DNA from: an uncultured bacterium
GTDB lineage: Bacteria > Acidobacteriota > Thermoanaerobaculia > Multivoradales > JAHZIX01
Assembly: GCA_965368975.1 (NCBI GenBank)
Contig: CBDUPA010000018.1
Span: 85,999-149,998, forward strand
Length of the DNA stretch: 64,000 nucleotides
Direction of reading: 5' to 3'
Translations under genes and position numbers: made by a program
The notes under the pieces: generated by a model
Seen by the model: the letters and a program-made list of their open reading frames with translations, nothing else
What the model was told of the DNA's origin: nothing
The model's database searches: none
Part shown: positions 36,613 through 46,033 of the stretch, one piece after another
Position numbering within the stretch: position 1 is the stretch's first letter
Layout: each line of letters starts with the position of its first letter

Positions 36613-38688
36613 CTACGAGGTACCGATCATGACCCTGCGCGGAATGGTGAAGGTAATCGACGTCCCCTCTTCCGTCACGGACTCGATCCAGATCCGGCCG
36701 CGCATTCGCAGAATCAAGGCACGGGCGAAGAAGAGGTTCCCCTCGCCGTCCAGCACCACCTCCAGAGGATGGAAGGCGCGGTCGCGCGCTTCCCGTGCCA
36801 CCGCGCAGCCGCTGGTCCAGATGCGAAACTGGAACTCCAGGTGTTTTTCCTCAGCCTGCACGCGTACCAGTCCCGGAGCCTCACCATCAATCGCTTGGAG
36901 GGCGAACAAGAACAGACATTCAAAGGCCTTTCGCAGCAAGGTCGCATCCATGATCACGCTTGGCAGCGGTTGAACACGGATCTCACAGTCAGGGGGACGG
37001 TGGTCCAAGGACAGCGAGGCCAAGACTTCCTGGACCAAGTCGTTGAGATCGAGTTGGACAGGCTCGGGCTGGAGATCGTTGATGCGGTTGAAGTCGCGGA
37101 AGGCATCCGACAGCGAAGCCACGTCCTTGGCCGCTTGTTCGATGAAGAGCAACGCTTCTTGGACCTCGGCTCGATCAGCAGCCGGCTCATCAACGGGCCC
37201 GGACAGAGAGGACCGCAGCTCGGCGACAAAACCGCTCAGGGTGAGAATCGGCGTCCGCAACTGGTGGGCTGCAACGTGCAGAAAGACCTTTAGCTGCTCA
37301 TTGGCCGAGGTCAAAGCATCTTCCATTTGCTTGGTGACCGTCAGATCTCGCGAGACACTCAGAATGGCTTTATCGCGTCCGTGCTGCAGAGGGGTTGCCG
37401 CTGTTTCGAGATATCGCAACTCGCCGTGGCTATCGATCAAGGTGTGCTCGAACAGATACATCCCATGCTCTTCGACGGCCCTGGCGATGTAGCGCCAGTC
37501 CTGAGCGGTCTGGGTCGAGAACTGGGCCAGAGATTTGCTGCTCAGCTGCCGAAAGGGCAAACCGAGCAAGTCCGCAGCCTGCTGATTGGCTTCCAGGACC
37601 CGCTGGTCGCTGGCGCGCCAGATGAAAATGCAGTCCGCGACCTGGTCGAACAACGCCCGATATTCCTCGAGGTAGTCCCACTCTCTCCGCAGGGTCAAGC
37701 TCTGCAGGAGTGCCAGGGTGCCTAGCACAGCCAGCGTCGCGAGCACGAGAACTTCCCGTGATTGCCGCTCGGCGTCAGAAAGACCGCCCATCAAATAGAG
37801 GCTGAAATGGAGTATCGGCAAGGCGACGGAATAGACCGGCAAGAGGAAGCCCGGACCGCTGCGCGCAGCCGCGAGTCGCTCCAAGAAGTTGGTAGATTCT
37901 CCGCCATCTCTTTCTCGAAACGAGAAATGACGAATGCGGGCAGCCGCAAGAATCGGCAGGAAAGGCAGAAACCAAAGCGCGGCGATCGGAACGTTGTCGT
38001 CGAAGTCGAACTGCCAGACAGGGAACAGAGCCTGCGCTCCATCCGTCAGGAGCCACAGGAAAGCGGTACACGACAAGCAGGCGAAGAGCGCTTGCCAACG
38101 TCTGGACACAGAGGTCAACGCGAACTGCAGCGTCCGCAACGCCAAAAAGAGGTCGAACGTGATCAGTAGGTAGAGCGTTCTGGGCAAGGGCTCAGGCGAC
38201 GACGTGAACAAGGGCAAGATCAGAAAGTAGACCATCAGGGCGATCGCAAAGAAAGCCAGGCCCACGCGCTCCAGACGCGGCGTCAGGCGCCCGGGACGTA
38301 ACCCTCGAGGCAAGTCCGGCCTCGACTCGACGGCGGCAAAGAAACATATGAAGAGTGCAAAGTAGAGCAACTCGAGCAGATATGCGGCGACGACGGAAAA
38401 GGTCTCCTCGGGGATGGCCAGCAGCAGTACAGAACGCACCAGCCAAGCGCTGAAACCCGCGATCAAGAGGAACCAGAAACGTTGCTCACGCCGTTCGATC
38501 TGGGCCAATTGGTACTGCAAGAACCACAGGGTCACTAGCAGCGAGGGAATCGTCCAGTGATTCCATAGGAGGTCCCAAGCTGGCTCCAGGCGGAGCACTG
38601 GCACAAGGTAAGGTACGACTAGGAGAGCAAACACAAAGAGGCCGGCTCGTAGCGGCCGGTCAAACCGAAGCTCAGTCCACAAAATCAA
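36613..38688 (-). CDS. Membrane PAS-domain histidine-kinase-like protein with degenerate ATP-binding domain
   Basis: About 9-10 TM, YRALFDQVADCIF..EANQQA PAS, H-box AHQLRTPI, GRIWIES...GTSITFTIP; N-box and DxG motifs are missing. Confidence 0.8.
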   Translation of the reverse strand: MILWTELRFDRPLRAGLFVFALLVVPYLVPVLRLEPAWDLLWNHWTIPSLLVTLWFLQYQLAQIERREQRFWFLLIAGFSAWLVRSVLLLAIPEETFSVVAAYLLELLYFALFICFFAAVESRPDLPRGLRPGRLTPRLERVGLAFFAIALMVYFLILPLFTSSPEPLPRTLYLLITFDLFLALRTLQFALTSVSRRWQALFACLSCTAFLWLLTDGAQALFPVWQFDFDDNVPIAALWFLPFLPILAAARIRHFSFRERDGGESTNFLERLAAARSGPGFLLPVYSVALPILHFSLYLMGGLSDAERQSREVLVLATLAVLGTLALLQSLTLRREWDYLEEYRALFDQVADCIFIWRASDQRVLEANQQAADLLGLPFRQLSSKSLAQFSTQTAQDWRYIARAVEEHGMYLFEHTLIDSHGELRYLETAATPLQHGRDKAILSVSRDLTVTKQMEDALTSANEQLKVFLHVAAHQLRTPILTLSGFVAELRSSLSGPVDEPAADRAEVQEALLFIEQAAKDVASLSDAFRDFNRINDLQPEPVQLDLNDLVQEVLASLSLDHRPPDCEIRVQPLPSVIMDATLLRKAFECLFLFALQAIDGEAPGLVRVQAEEKHLEFQFRIWTSGCAVAREARDRAFHPLEVVLDGEGNLFFARALILRMRGRIWIESVTEEGTSITFTIPRRVMIGTS

Positions 38689-38762
38689 GCTCCCGAAAGT
38701 TCGGAGAAGATTTTCGTTCGAGGGAAATCAGTTCAAACGAAAGTATAGCAAAACAACCCTGC

Positions 38763-40208
38763 CTACTCCTGTGCTGCCGTCAACAGTCCCGCTGGCAAGA
38801 CCCCATCCGGGGCTTCGAAGTCGTCAAGACCAAGCAACGCCGCGACAATCGGAGCGATGTCTTCCAGGTGGAGTTCCTGTGCCACCGCCCCCTCACGCAC
38901 CGCGGCACCCCATAGCACCAGGCCGGTGTGAATCTGCGGAAAGTCCGGAACATAGCCGTGAGTTGCGCCCTGGGAAGGCCGGACGGCGGGAGCTTCCGCG
39001 GAACTCGTAAAGTGGACACCGGGAGCAGGATTGAGCGCGAAGGCGGCTTCCGGGGAGGCTCCGAGACGGTCGAGTTCTTCTCGGTCCACGATGCGAAAGA
39101 GCCGACGAAGGCCAGCAGGCAGGGCCTCGAGAGCGGTACGCGCGGCAGTGACGGCCTCCCTATCAGCAGGATCGCGCAACATCAGGAAGGCAGAGGCCGC
39201 ACTGGTGTGGAAGGTTGCGCGCCACCTGCCGCGCTCGCCCTCTCCAGGCTGCTCCAGCAGACCGGCGGCTGTCAGCCAGACGTTGGGGGCGAGCAGGGTG
39301 TGCAGGTCGACATGCCCATGATCGCCGGTGACCACGAAAGTGGTCTGCTCGAGAATGCCTTCACGTTCAGCAGCCTCGACCATCTGCGCCAGAGCACGGT
39401 CGACGGCGGCGACTGCTCGGCGAACAAGCCAATCTTCGCGGCCCCTCTCGTGCTGCCAGTGGTCGGTTTCGATCAGGTGCACGGCGAGCAGCGAAGGCCG
39501 CTTCTTGGCCAGCAGATAAGCGGCGATGTCACCGGCACGATCGTCTCGGGTCAGAAAGTCGATGTGGAAGGTCTCACCGTTGAGCGGTCCAGCTGCCTCG
39601 CGTTCGAGTTCTTGCCACAAACCGCTGGGCCGCGTTGCGTCCCGCATGGCCGCCAACGGTGCAGCCGTAGGGTCGAGCGACCAGATCTCGGGCAGGTTGT
39701 AGTCGATCTCGGCACCAGCGCTGACCGGCCAGGAGACGGCGGCACTGGTGCCTCCAGCGCGATGCACGGCCTGCCACAGAGTGTCGACGCGGATGGCGTC
39801 GGCATACCAGTACCAGGCGCCCGTGGCTCCCTCTGGCTCGAACGGTGAGTTGTAGTAGATCCCGTGGCGGGCGGGCCGAGCACCGGTGACGAGGGTGGTG
39901 TGCGACGGATAGGTGACACTCGGAAAAACGCCGCGCACCGCTTCAGCGTGCGCACCCTCGGCGACCATCTGCTGCATCATCGGCGCCGGCCAAGTCGGAT
40001 CGAGGTAGAACTCGGGACGCAGACCATCGATCGACACCAGCACGACGTGACGCATCGGCATCGGGTGGGCTTCTGCCGCGTCGGCGGCACCAGCCACGTC
40101 GGCAGCACCAGCCAGCACAGGCGCGTGCACCGCCAGGAACGTCAGAAACACCGTGGTGAGGGCGAATTCCAAGGTCAGCCACGGCATCGAACGGGAACGC
40201 AAGCACAT
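38763..40208 (-). CDS. Alkaline phosphatase superfamily nucleotide pyrophosphatase/phosphodiesterase, secreted
   Basis: LVSIDGLR, PSVTYPSHTTLVTG (Thr nucleophile), DHWQH, TGDHG, ATHGY. Confidence 0.9.
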   Translation of the reverse strand: MCLRSRSMPWLTLEFALTTVFLTFLAVHAPVLAGAADVAGAADAAEAHPMPMRHVVLVSIDGLRPEFYLDPTWPAPMMQQMVAEGAHAEAVRGVFPSVTYPSHTTLVTGARPARHGIYYNSPFEPEGATGAWYWYADAIRVDTLWQAVHRAGGTSAAVSWPVSAGAEIDYNLPEIWSLDPTAAPLAAMRDATRPSGLWQELEREAAGPLNGETFHIDFLTRDDRAGDIAAYLLAKKRPSLLAVHLIETDHWQHERGREDWLVRRAVAAVDRALAQMVEAAEREGILEQTTFVVTGDHGHVDLHTLLAPNVWLTAAGLLEQPGEGERGRWRATFHTSAASAFLMLRDPADREAVTAARTALEALPAGLRRLFRIVDREELDRLGASPEAAFALNPAPGVHFTSSAEAPAVRPSQGATHGYVPDFPQIHTGLVLWGAAVREGAVAQELHLEDIAPIVAALLGLDDFEAPDGVLPAGLLTAAQE

Positions 40209-40427
40209 GGGTGGCAGTCCTCACAGAGCGATTATGGACGGGGTCGGGCGGTTGCCTGACGATAGCAAATCCACTAGTCTCTGGTCAGGTTGCTCTCTTC
40301 AGAGTTATGCTGAAACGGCGTAACGAGTATGGCCACGCACAGCGCCTGTGCATCGAGCCACGACAGCAGTTAGCAGCCAGCAGCGGGTAGCAGCAAGCAG
40401 CGAGACGGGTACTCAGGAGAATCTAAG

Positions 40428-42050
40428 GTGGCGGAGCCCCTGGAGCACATCGACGGCAAGTACGAGATCCTCGAGAAGCTCAGGGAGGGTGGCATGGGTG
40501 CCATCTACAAGGTGCGCCACCGGCTGCTCGAAGAAGTCCGCGTCATCAAGGTCATGCGCCCGACCTTGCGCGACGACGAAGAGCTGTACGCTCGCTTTCT
40601 GCGCGAGGCAAGAATGGCGATCCAGCTGCGCCATCCCAACATCGCCCAGCTCTACGACTTCACCATCGACGACGACGGCAACGCCTTTATCGTCATGGAG
40701 TTCATAGGCGGCCTCAACTTCGGTGACCTGATCGATCAGGCAGGACCACCACCGCTCGGCCTGACGCTGGAGATGGCGGTGCAGTCGCTCAAGGCGCTCG
40801 ACTACCTGCACCGCCAGGGCTTCGTTCACCGCGATATCTCGCCCGATAACCTGATGCTGAGTCAGGACTTCGACGAGCGGCCACTGATCAAGCTGATCGA
40901 CCTTGGCATCGCAAAGGCCCTGGAGGGAAATTCCGACCTGACGGCGACCGGCCACTTCCTCGGCAAGGTGCGCTACTGCTCACCCGAGCAGCTCGAAAGC
41001 ACCAGCAGCATCACGCCGTGCAGCGACCTCTACTCTTTCGGCCTGGTGCTCTACGAACTGCTGACCGGCCAGTGCCCGATCGCCGGCGAAACGCCGTCGG
41101 CTCTGATCGCCGGGCACCTGATGCATCCACCGACGGGTTTCGAGAAGACCGACCCCAAGGGTCGCGTGCCGGCGATGCTGCGTTCGGCGGTGCTGCGCTC
41201 GCTCGAGAAGAAGCCGGAAGATCGATTCGCCAGCGCAGAAGAATTCCAGCAACTCTTGGAGCAAATACAGCAGCAGCATCCGTTTACCCACGAGCTGTCC
41301 CAACATGCCCACACCCTCCTCGACCGGGACCACTTCGAAGTCTCGGACCAGATCGAACCCGGGAGCACGCAGCAGCGGCTGAACCAGGAATTCGGCCTGA
41401 GGGCGACACCGCAGCCAGAAGCACGCACGGATCGACTACCTGAAAAGCCGTTGCCGTCGACCCATCCCCTGGTCGAACCACCACCGCCGCCGCCTCTGCC
41501 TCTCGTATCGCCGGCAGCGCCCGCAGCTCCAGCCTCCCCGACGCCCGCTGCCGCGCAGCGCGCCACCTCCGCGACCCATGCGCTGCGCTCGGCGGGTAGC
41601 GCGGCAAGTAGTTCAGAGAGCAGAGCACCCGCCGGTGCACCGTCCAGGCAACCGGGCACCGGCCAGAGCGGCCGTCGCTGGCTCGGTGTCGTGGTACTGC
41701 TCCTGCTGCTGGGTGTGACGGGCACAGCCGCGTGGTACTTCCTCGGCCGCGGCGAGACCGGCCCCGTCGACGCACCGGCGGCAGCGTCCGGCCGCCTGAT
41801 CCTCAACGCCGTCCCCTGGGCCCAGGTGACCGCTATCGTCGACGCCGACGGCCAGGCCATGACCATCGCTCCCGGCACCTATACTCCGACCGCCCTCGAC
41901 CTGGCTGCGGGTCGCTACACCGTCACGCTGCGCCGAGACAGCGCAACCCGCGACATCGAAGCCGAAGTGGTCGCCGGAGAGGTGACCCGACTCCAGACTA
42001 CCCTGCAGGAGATCTCCGCAGATGACTTGCTGCAACAGCTCGGCTGGTAG
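40428..42050 (+). CDS. Hanks-type Ser/Thr protein kinase with TM and PEGA-like C-terminus
   Basis: EGGMGAIY, VIK, HPNI, HRDISPDN, DLGIAK, YCSPEQ, DLYSFG; Pro/Ala linker, TM, NAVPWAQV. Confidence 0.93.
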   Translation: MAEPLEHIDGKYEILEKLREGGMGAIYKVRHRLLEEVRVIKVMRPTLRDDEELYARFLREARMAIQLRHPNIAQLYDFTIDDDGNAFIVMEFIGGLNFGDLIDQAGPPPLGLTLEMAVQSLKALDYLHRQGFVHRDISPDNLMLSQDFDERPLIKLIDLGIAKALEGNSDLTATGHFLGKVRYCSPEQLESTSSITPCSDLYSFGLVLYELLTGQCPIAGETPSALIAGHLMHPPTGFEKTDPKGRVPAMLRSAVLRSLEKKPEDRFASAEEFQQLLEQIQQQHPFTHELSQHAHTLLDRDHFEVSDQIEPGSTQQRLNQEFGLRATPQPEARTDRLPEKPLPSTHPLVEPPPPPPLPLVSPAAPAAPASPTPAAAQRATSATHALRSAGSAASSSESRAPAGAPSRQPGTGQSGRRWLGVVVLLLLLGVTGTAAWYFLGRGETGPVDAPAAASGRLILNAVPWAQVTAIVDADGQAMTIAPGTYTPTALDLAAGRYTVTLRRDSATRDIEAEVVAGEVTRLQTTLQEISADDLLQQLGW

Positions 42051-43302
42051 GACGGCCAACGCGGCCCGCTACCTGGCAGGTTGGCTGGTGATCCTGTCCC
42101 TAGGCTCCGCGATCCCAGTGCGTGCCGACTACCGGGACGACTACCGGCAGGCACTCGAAGCGATCGAACGCCTGGAGTGGTCCGAGGCCCAGAGCCTTTT
42201 GCTGCGGGCGATCCGGGAGAAGCCGGAACCGGGACAGTTCAACATGTTCCAGCGTCTGGACTTCACACCTTACCTGCCCTACTACTACCTGGGCTTGGTG
42301 CTCTACGAGCAAGGCGACTGTGAAGGCGCCTTGCTGCAGTGGACCATCTCCGAGGAAAAAGGACGCGTTCGAGGACCGCGAGAGAGTGCGATGCGGCGCA
42401 TGACCCGGACCTGCAACGAGCGGCTGGCCGAAGAGGCCGCCCGCGCCGAGAGCGCTCCTCCCCCGCCGCTATCAGCGACAGCCACCCTCAACGACGGTGC
42501 CGGCCCCGATGACCTGCCCGCGGTGCCTCCCGGCGGCACGACGACACCGTCCGTGGAAGCCGCTCCACCGTCGGGTTCCAATCCGGGATCGACGGAACCT
42601 GGCAGGGGAGCCCCCTCTCGCAGACCCCTCGCGGGCAGCAGTGGACCCGGCATCTCTCCACGAACCAGCGACAGAACGACCACGCCGCTGGCTCGACAAA
42701 GACTGGAAAATTTACGCACTCGCGTGCAGCGATTGGTCCGCGACGTGCAAGCCACCCTGGACGGCAGCGCGGACCTCGAGCTGCCGGCTGAAGCGGCCAA
42801 CCGTCGGCAAGCACTCGAGAGCGAGCTGACGCGATTGCGCGAGCTGGCACGACAGCGACCGGTGGCTTTCCGCTCGACCGAGCAAGCGGCGGACCGGGTG
42901 AGTTCACTCCACGCCGGCTACCAGGCGGCACTCAACATCCTGGCACGCCCGGCCCGTGGCAGCGCTGACAGCACACCGCCGACCGCGCTCATCCTGGCCG
43001 CGGATGCCTACTTGCGGGCCGACTATCAGCGCGTCCTCGACGATCTGACGCCACTGCTGACGTCCGGCGAACTCGACACCAAGAGTCTCTCGACCGCTCA
43101 GCTGCTGTGCGCAGCCGCCGCCTACTCTCTGTACCTCGAGAATGGCGGTGAGGACCCCACCTTCCTGACCCGAGCACAGGAAGCGCGCACGGCCTCGCGG
43201 GACTTGTCTTCCGCCGACGGCGCTGCAGCTCGTGGCGAGCGGCGGTTGGCGCTATTCTCTCCTCCAGTGCGGGCTTTCCTGACCGCCGAGCTCCAACCCT
43301 GA
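42022..43302 (+). CDS. Secreted TPR-like hypothetical protein
   Basis: Signal-like segment ending VRA, YLPYYYLGLVLYEQGDC TPR-like helix pair, Pro-rich linker; overlaps the kinase stop; start uncertain. Confidence 0.7.
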   Translation: MTCCNSSAGRTANAARYLAGWLVILSLGSAIPVRADYRDDYRQALEAIERLEWSEAQSLLLRAIREKPEPGQFNMFQRLDFTPYLPYYYLGLVLYEQGDCEGALLQWTISEEKGRVRGPRESAMRRMTRTCNERLAEEAARAESAPPPPLSATATLNDGAGPDDLPAVPPGGTTTPSVEAAPPSGSNPGSTEPGRGAPSRRPLAGSSGPGISPRTSDRTTTPLARQRLENLRTRVQRLVRDVQATLDGSADLELPAEAANRRQALESELTRLRELARQRPVAFRSTEQAADRVSSLHAGYQAALNILARPARGSADSTPPTALILAADAYLRADYQRVLDDLTPLLTSGELDTKSLSTAQLLCAAAAYSLYLENGGEDPTFLTRAQEARTASRDLSSADGAAARGERRLALFSPPVRAFLTAELQP

Positions 43303-43324
43303 CTCCCCCCGTTCCCAGGATCCC

Positions 43325-46033
43325 ATGAACCCCCATTTGCGCGAGATCACCCACCGTTACGAGCTACAGCGTTTGCTGCGCTCCAGCCCCGCGGCGAGCG
43401 TCTTCGCCGCCGTCGACACCGAGACCGGTGACGAGGTCGCGGTCAAGCTGATCACCACCGATGGTTCGCCGGACGAAACGCTGGTGCGCGAGCCGGTGCT
43501 GGCCAGGATCGCCGCGCTGCAAGAGATCGATACGCCGAGCCTGCCGCGGGTACGCGACGGCGGCTACACCACGACTGGCAGCGCGTTCCTGGTCCTCGAA
43601 TCGGTTGACATCGAAGAAGCGGATGCCATCCGCGGCCTGCCTCGCCCTCAGCGCCTCGACTTGCTCGCGGGCGTGGTTGACGCCCTGGCCGAGATGGCAC
43701 GACGCGGCCTGCACCATGGCAGGCTCAGTCCGGACAACGTCCGGCTGACGTGTACCCAACCCCGCCGTCTGGTCTTGTTGGGACTCAACATCCGCACCCT
43801 GCAACCGGATGTCGACGCTGCGAAAGAGCCGCGCCACAGCCTGCGTCAGCTCGCCGTGCTGGCCAGCAATCTGCTGGAGCTGCCCCTCGGCGACAACGGT
43901 ATCGAGCTGAGCGCGGAGAGCCGACAGGAGTTGCCGCAAGCCACCATCCTCAAGCTGCTGCTCGACCGCTGCTTGCAGGACGAAGGCACACCGCCTCCGT
44001 TCTCGGAACTGGCGCGCGGCCTGCGCCTGGTCGCGCGTACCACGCAGCCGCCGCAAGCCCGTGTGCGCGACTCGACCGTCGCCCCCCCAGACCTAGACGC
44101 GACCATCGACGTCAACGGCGTCCAACCGCTGCCACTCAACCTGGACAGCACGCTACCCGTCTTTCCGGCGGCAGACTCCGCGCCAGATACCCCTACTTCA
44201 ACTACGTCCGGCACGTCGGAGCCGGCACCCCGCCATCCGATGTCCGACATGCCACCGCGGCCGGCCGAGACACCCCGCACTCCTGAAGTCCACGAACTTC
44301 ACCCGGCCGCCGCGACGCCGCCGGAGACCGAGTTCCCCGGGTTGCCCGAACTGCCGCCGCCCCCACCTCTGCCGGCACACCGTGCCAACGCTCCGACGGC
44401 AGCGATGCCGTCCCCCGTGCCTCAGCCGCAACCCACTCCTGCCCCTGCCCCCCGACCCACGACGCCGCCGCCGGTATCGCCCCCCATGTCGCCCCCAGTG
44501 TCGCCCCCCATGTCGCCCCCAGTGTCGCCCCCCGCGGCGCGGCCGACTCCGGCTGCGGTACCGCTACCGAACTTCCTGGACTCGACACCCGCGGCACCCA
44601 TTCCTCCGCCCCGGCCCGTCGCTGGACACCAACAGTCCGCCGCTGGACACCAACCAGCCATTGCGAAACAACAACCGGCCGTCGCGGGGAAGCCTGCATC
44701 CCCCGTCGCCGCCGGGCCGGGCTCACGCACCAAGCTCCTGTGGGGCAGCGCCGCGGCTGTGGTCCTGGCACTGGCCGCCGTGGCACTCTGGTGGTTCTGG
44801 TTGCGCTCGACGGGCACACCGGCGCCGGCCACCACCCACACTCCGCAACCCCCCGCTCCCGAAGCGCCGTTGACGCTGCCGACCCCCGCCGAGCCTGGGC
44901 GTCCAGCGGAACCCGCCCTGCCGACGCTGCTGCTGCAAGCCAGCGACGCACTCGACGCTGGGGACGTCGACAGCGCCGAAACGCTGCTCGCCGACTTCAG
45001 CGACCAGCAGGAAGGCCTGCTCACCGAACGCGGCTGCGCCTTCTACGACGCACTGCGTTTGGCCGTGGCCGACGCGATCGATCAGCGGGATGTCGCCCGG
45101 TCGCGCACGCTGCGCGCCGTCGAGCGAGCCTTGGACCAGCAGGACTTCGACCGTCTACGCCGGCTGATCGACACGGCGGACAGGCGTGGCCTGGAGGAGC
45201 GTCAGGGTGGAGTGTTGCAGCGTGCCCGCGCGGCACTCGAAGCCTACGACTCGATGTGGGAAGAACACCGCCAGCGCAACCACCTCGGCATCTTGCGCAA
45301 TGCGAGTTCGTTGCTGCGCCACGCTCCTGGCTTCCGGCGCGCCGAAGAGCTGCGAGATCAAGCCGCCACCACCCTGGAAGCCGAGGCCGAGCAATTGGCA
45401 GGGCAGGGACGCTACCCAGAAGCTGTCTATCGCCTGGACGCTCTGCGCGAGCACTGGCCGGACCGTCCCGGCCTCGGCGAGTTGGAAGCTCGCATGGATC
45501 AGCAGCAGCTGCGTGAAACGCGGATCGAGAACCTGATCACCGAGGCGCTGGCGGCCGCCGCCCGCGGCCGACCGACCGAGGGTATGGATATCCTCAACCG
45601 TGTCGATCCGACGCCGCGCTTCCGCCAGCGCTACCAGCAGGCAGCGCAGCAGTTGCTCGACCGACTGGAAGAACTCGACGGTGCTGCCCCGATGCTGCGT
45701 CTACGCGGCGGCGAGGAAGCGCTCTACTTCGACCGCAACCAGACTGCTGTCGTCGAGCTGACCGTGACCGACGACTACGAGGTCCGCGCCGTGCAATTCC
45801 TCGCCCGGCAGCGCGGCGAGGGCGGTGCATTCCGCTCGGTGCCGCTACGACCGCAGGGACCGGAAGGGCAATTCCGAGCCGAAATCCCGGCCTCGATGCA
45901 CAACAACGCCACGGTCGAATTCTATGTTCTTGCCGAGGACAGCTCGGGGCACCAGTCGCGCATCGGCAGCGCCAGTGAACCGGTCGAGCTGCGGCGCAAG
46001 AACTGGCTGCGTCGTTTGCGCGACGGCGACTAG
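43325..46033 (+). CDS. Membrane protein with N-terminal pseudokinase domain, Pro-rich linker, TM, TPR-like region and Ig-like C-terminus
   Basis: RYELQRLL..VAVK..FLVLE..HGRLSPDNV (no HRD, no DFG); TM at LLWGSAAAVVLALAAVALWWFW; VTDDYEV..F...VEFYVLAEDSSGH. Confidence 0.8.
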   Translation: MNPHLREITHRYELQRLLRSSPAASVFAAVDTETGDEVAVKLITTDGSPDETLVREPVLARIAALQEIDTPSLPRVRDGGYTTTGSAFLVLESVDIEEADAIRGLPRPQRLDLLAGVVDALAEMARRGLHHGRLSPDNVRLTCTQPRRLVLLGLNIRTLQPDVDAAKEPRHSLRQLAVLASNLLELPLGDNGIELSAESRQELPQATILKLLLDRCLQDEGTPPPFSELARGLRLVARTTQPPQARVRDSTVAPPDLDATIDVNGVQPLPLNLDSTLPVFPAADSAPDTPTSTTSGTSEPAPRHPMSDMPPRPAETPRTPEVHELHPAAATPPETEFPGLPELPPPPPLPAHRANAPTAAMPSPVPQPQPTPAPAPRPTTPPPVSPPMSPPVSPPMSPPVSPPAARPTPAAVPLPNFLDSTPAAPIPPPRPVAGHQQSAAGHQPAIAKQQPAVAGKPASPVAAGPGSRTKLLWGSAAAVVLALAAVALWWFWLRSTGTPAPATTHTPQPPAPEAPLTLPTPAEPGRPAEPALPTLLLQASDALDAGDVDSAETLLADFSDQQEGLLTERGCAFYDALRLAVADAIDQRDVARSRTLRAVERALDQQDFDRLRRLIDTADRRGLEERQGGVLQRARAALEAYDSMWEEHRQRNHLGILRNASSLLRHAPGFRRAEELRDQAATTLEAEAEQLAGQGRYPEAVYRLDALREHWPDRPGLGELEARMDQQQLRETRIENLITEALAAAARGRPTEGMDILNRVDPTPRFRQRYQQAAQQLLDRLEELDGAAPMLRLRGGEEALYFDRNQTAVVELTVTDDYEVRAVQFLARQRGEGGAFRSVPLRPQGPEGQFRAEIPASMHNNATVEFYVLAEDSSGHQSRIGSASEPVELRRKNWLRRLRDGD
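44474..44533 (+). repeat. In-frame 12-bp tandem repeat, five copies, encoding (V/M)SPP
   Basis: GTATCGCCCCCC-ATGTCGCCCCCA-GTGTCGCCCCCC-ATGTCGCCCCCA-GTGTCGCCCCCC. Confidence 0.9.
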
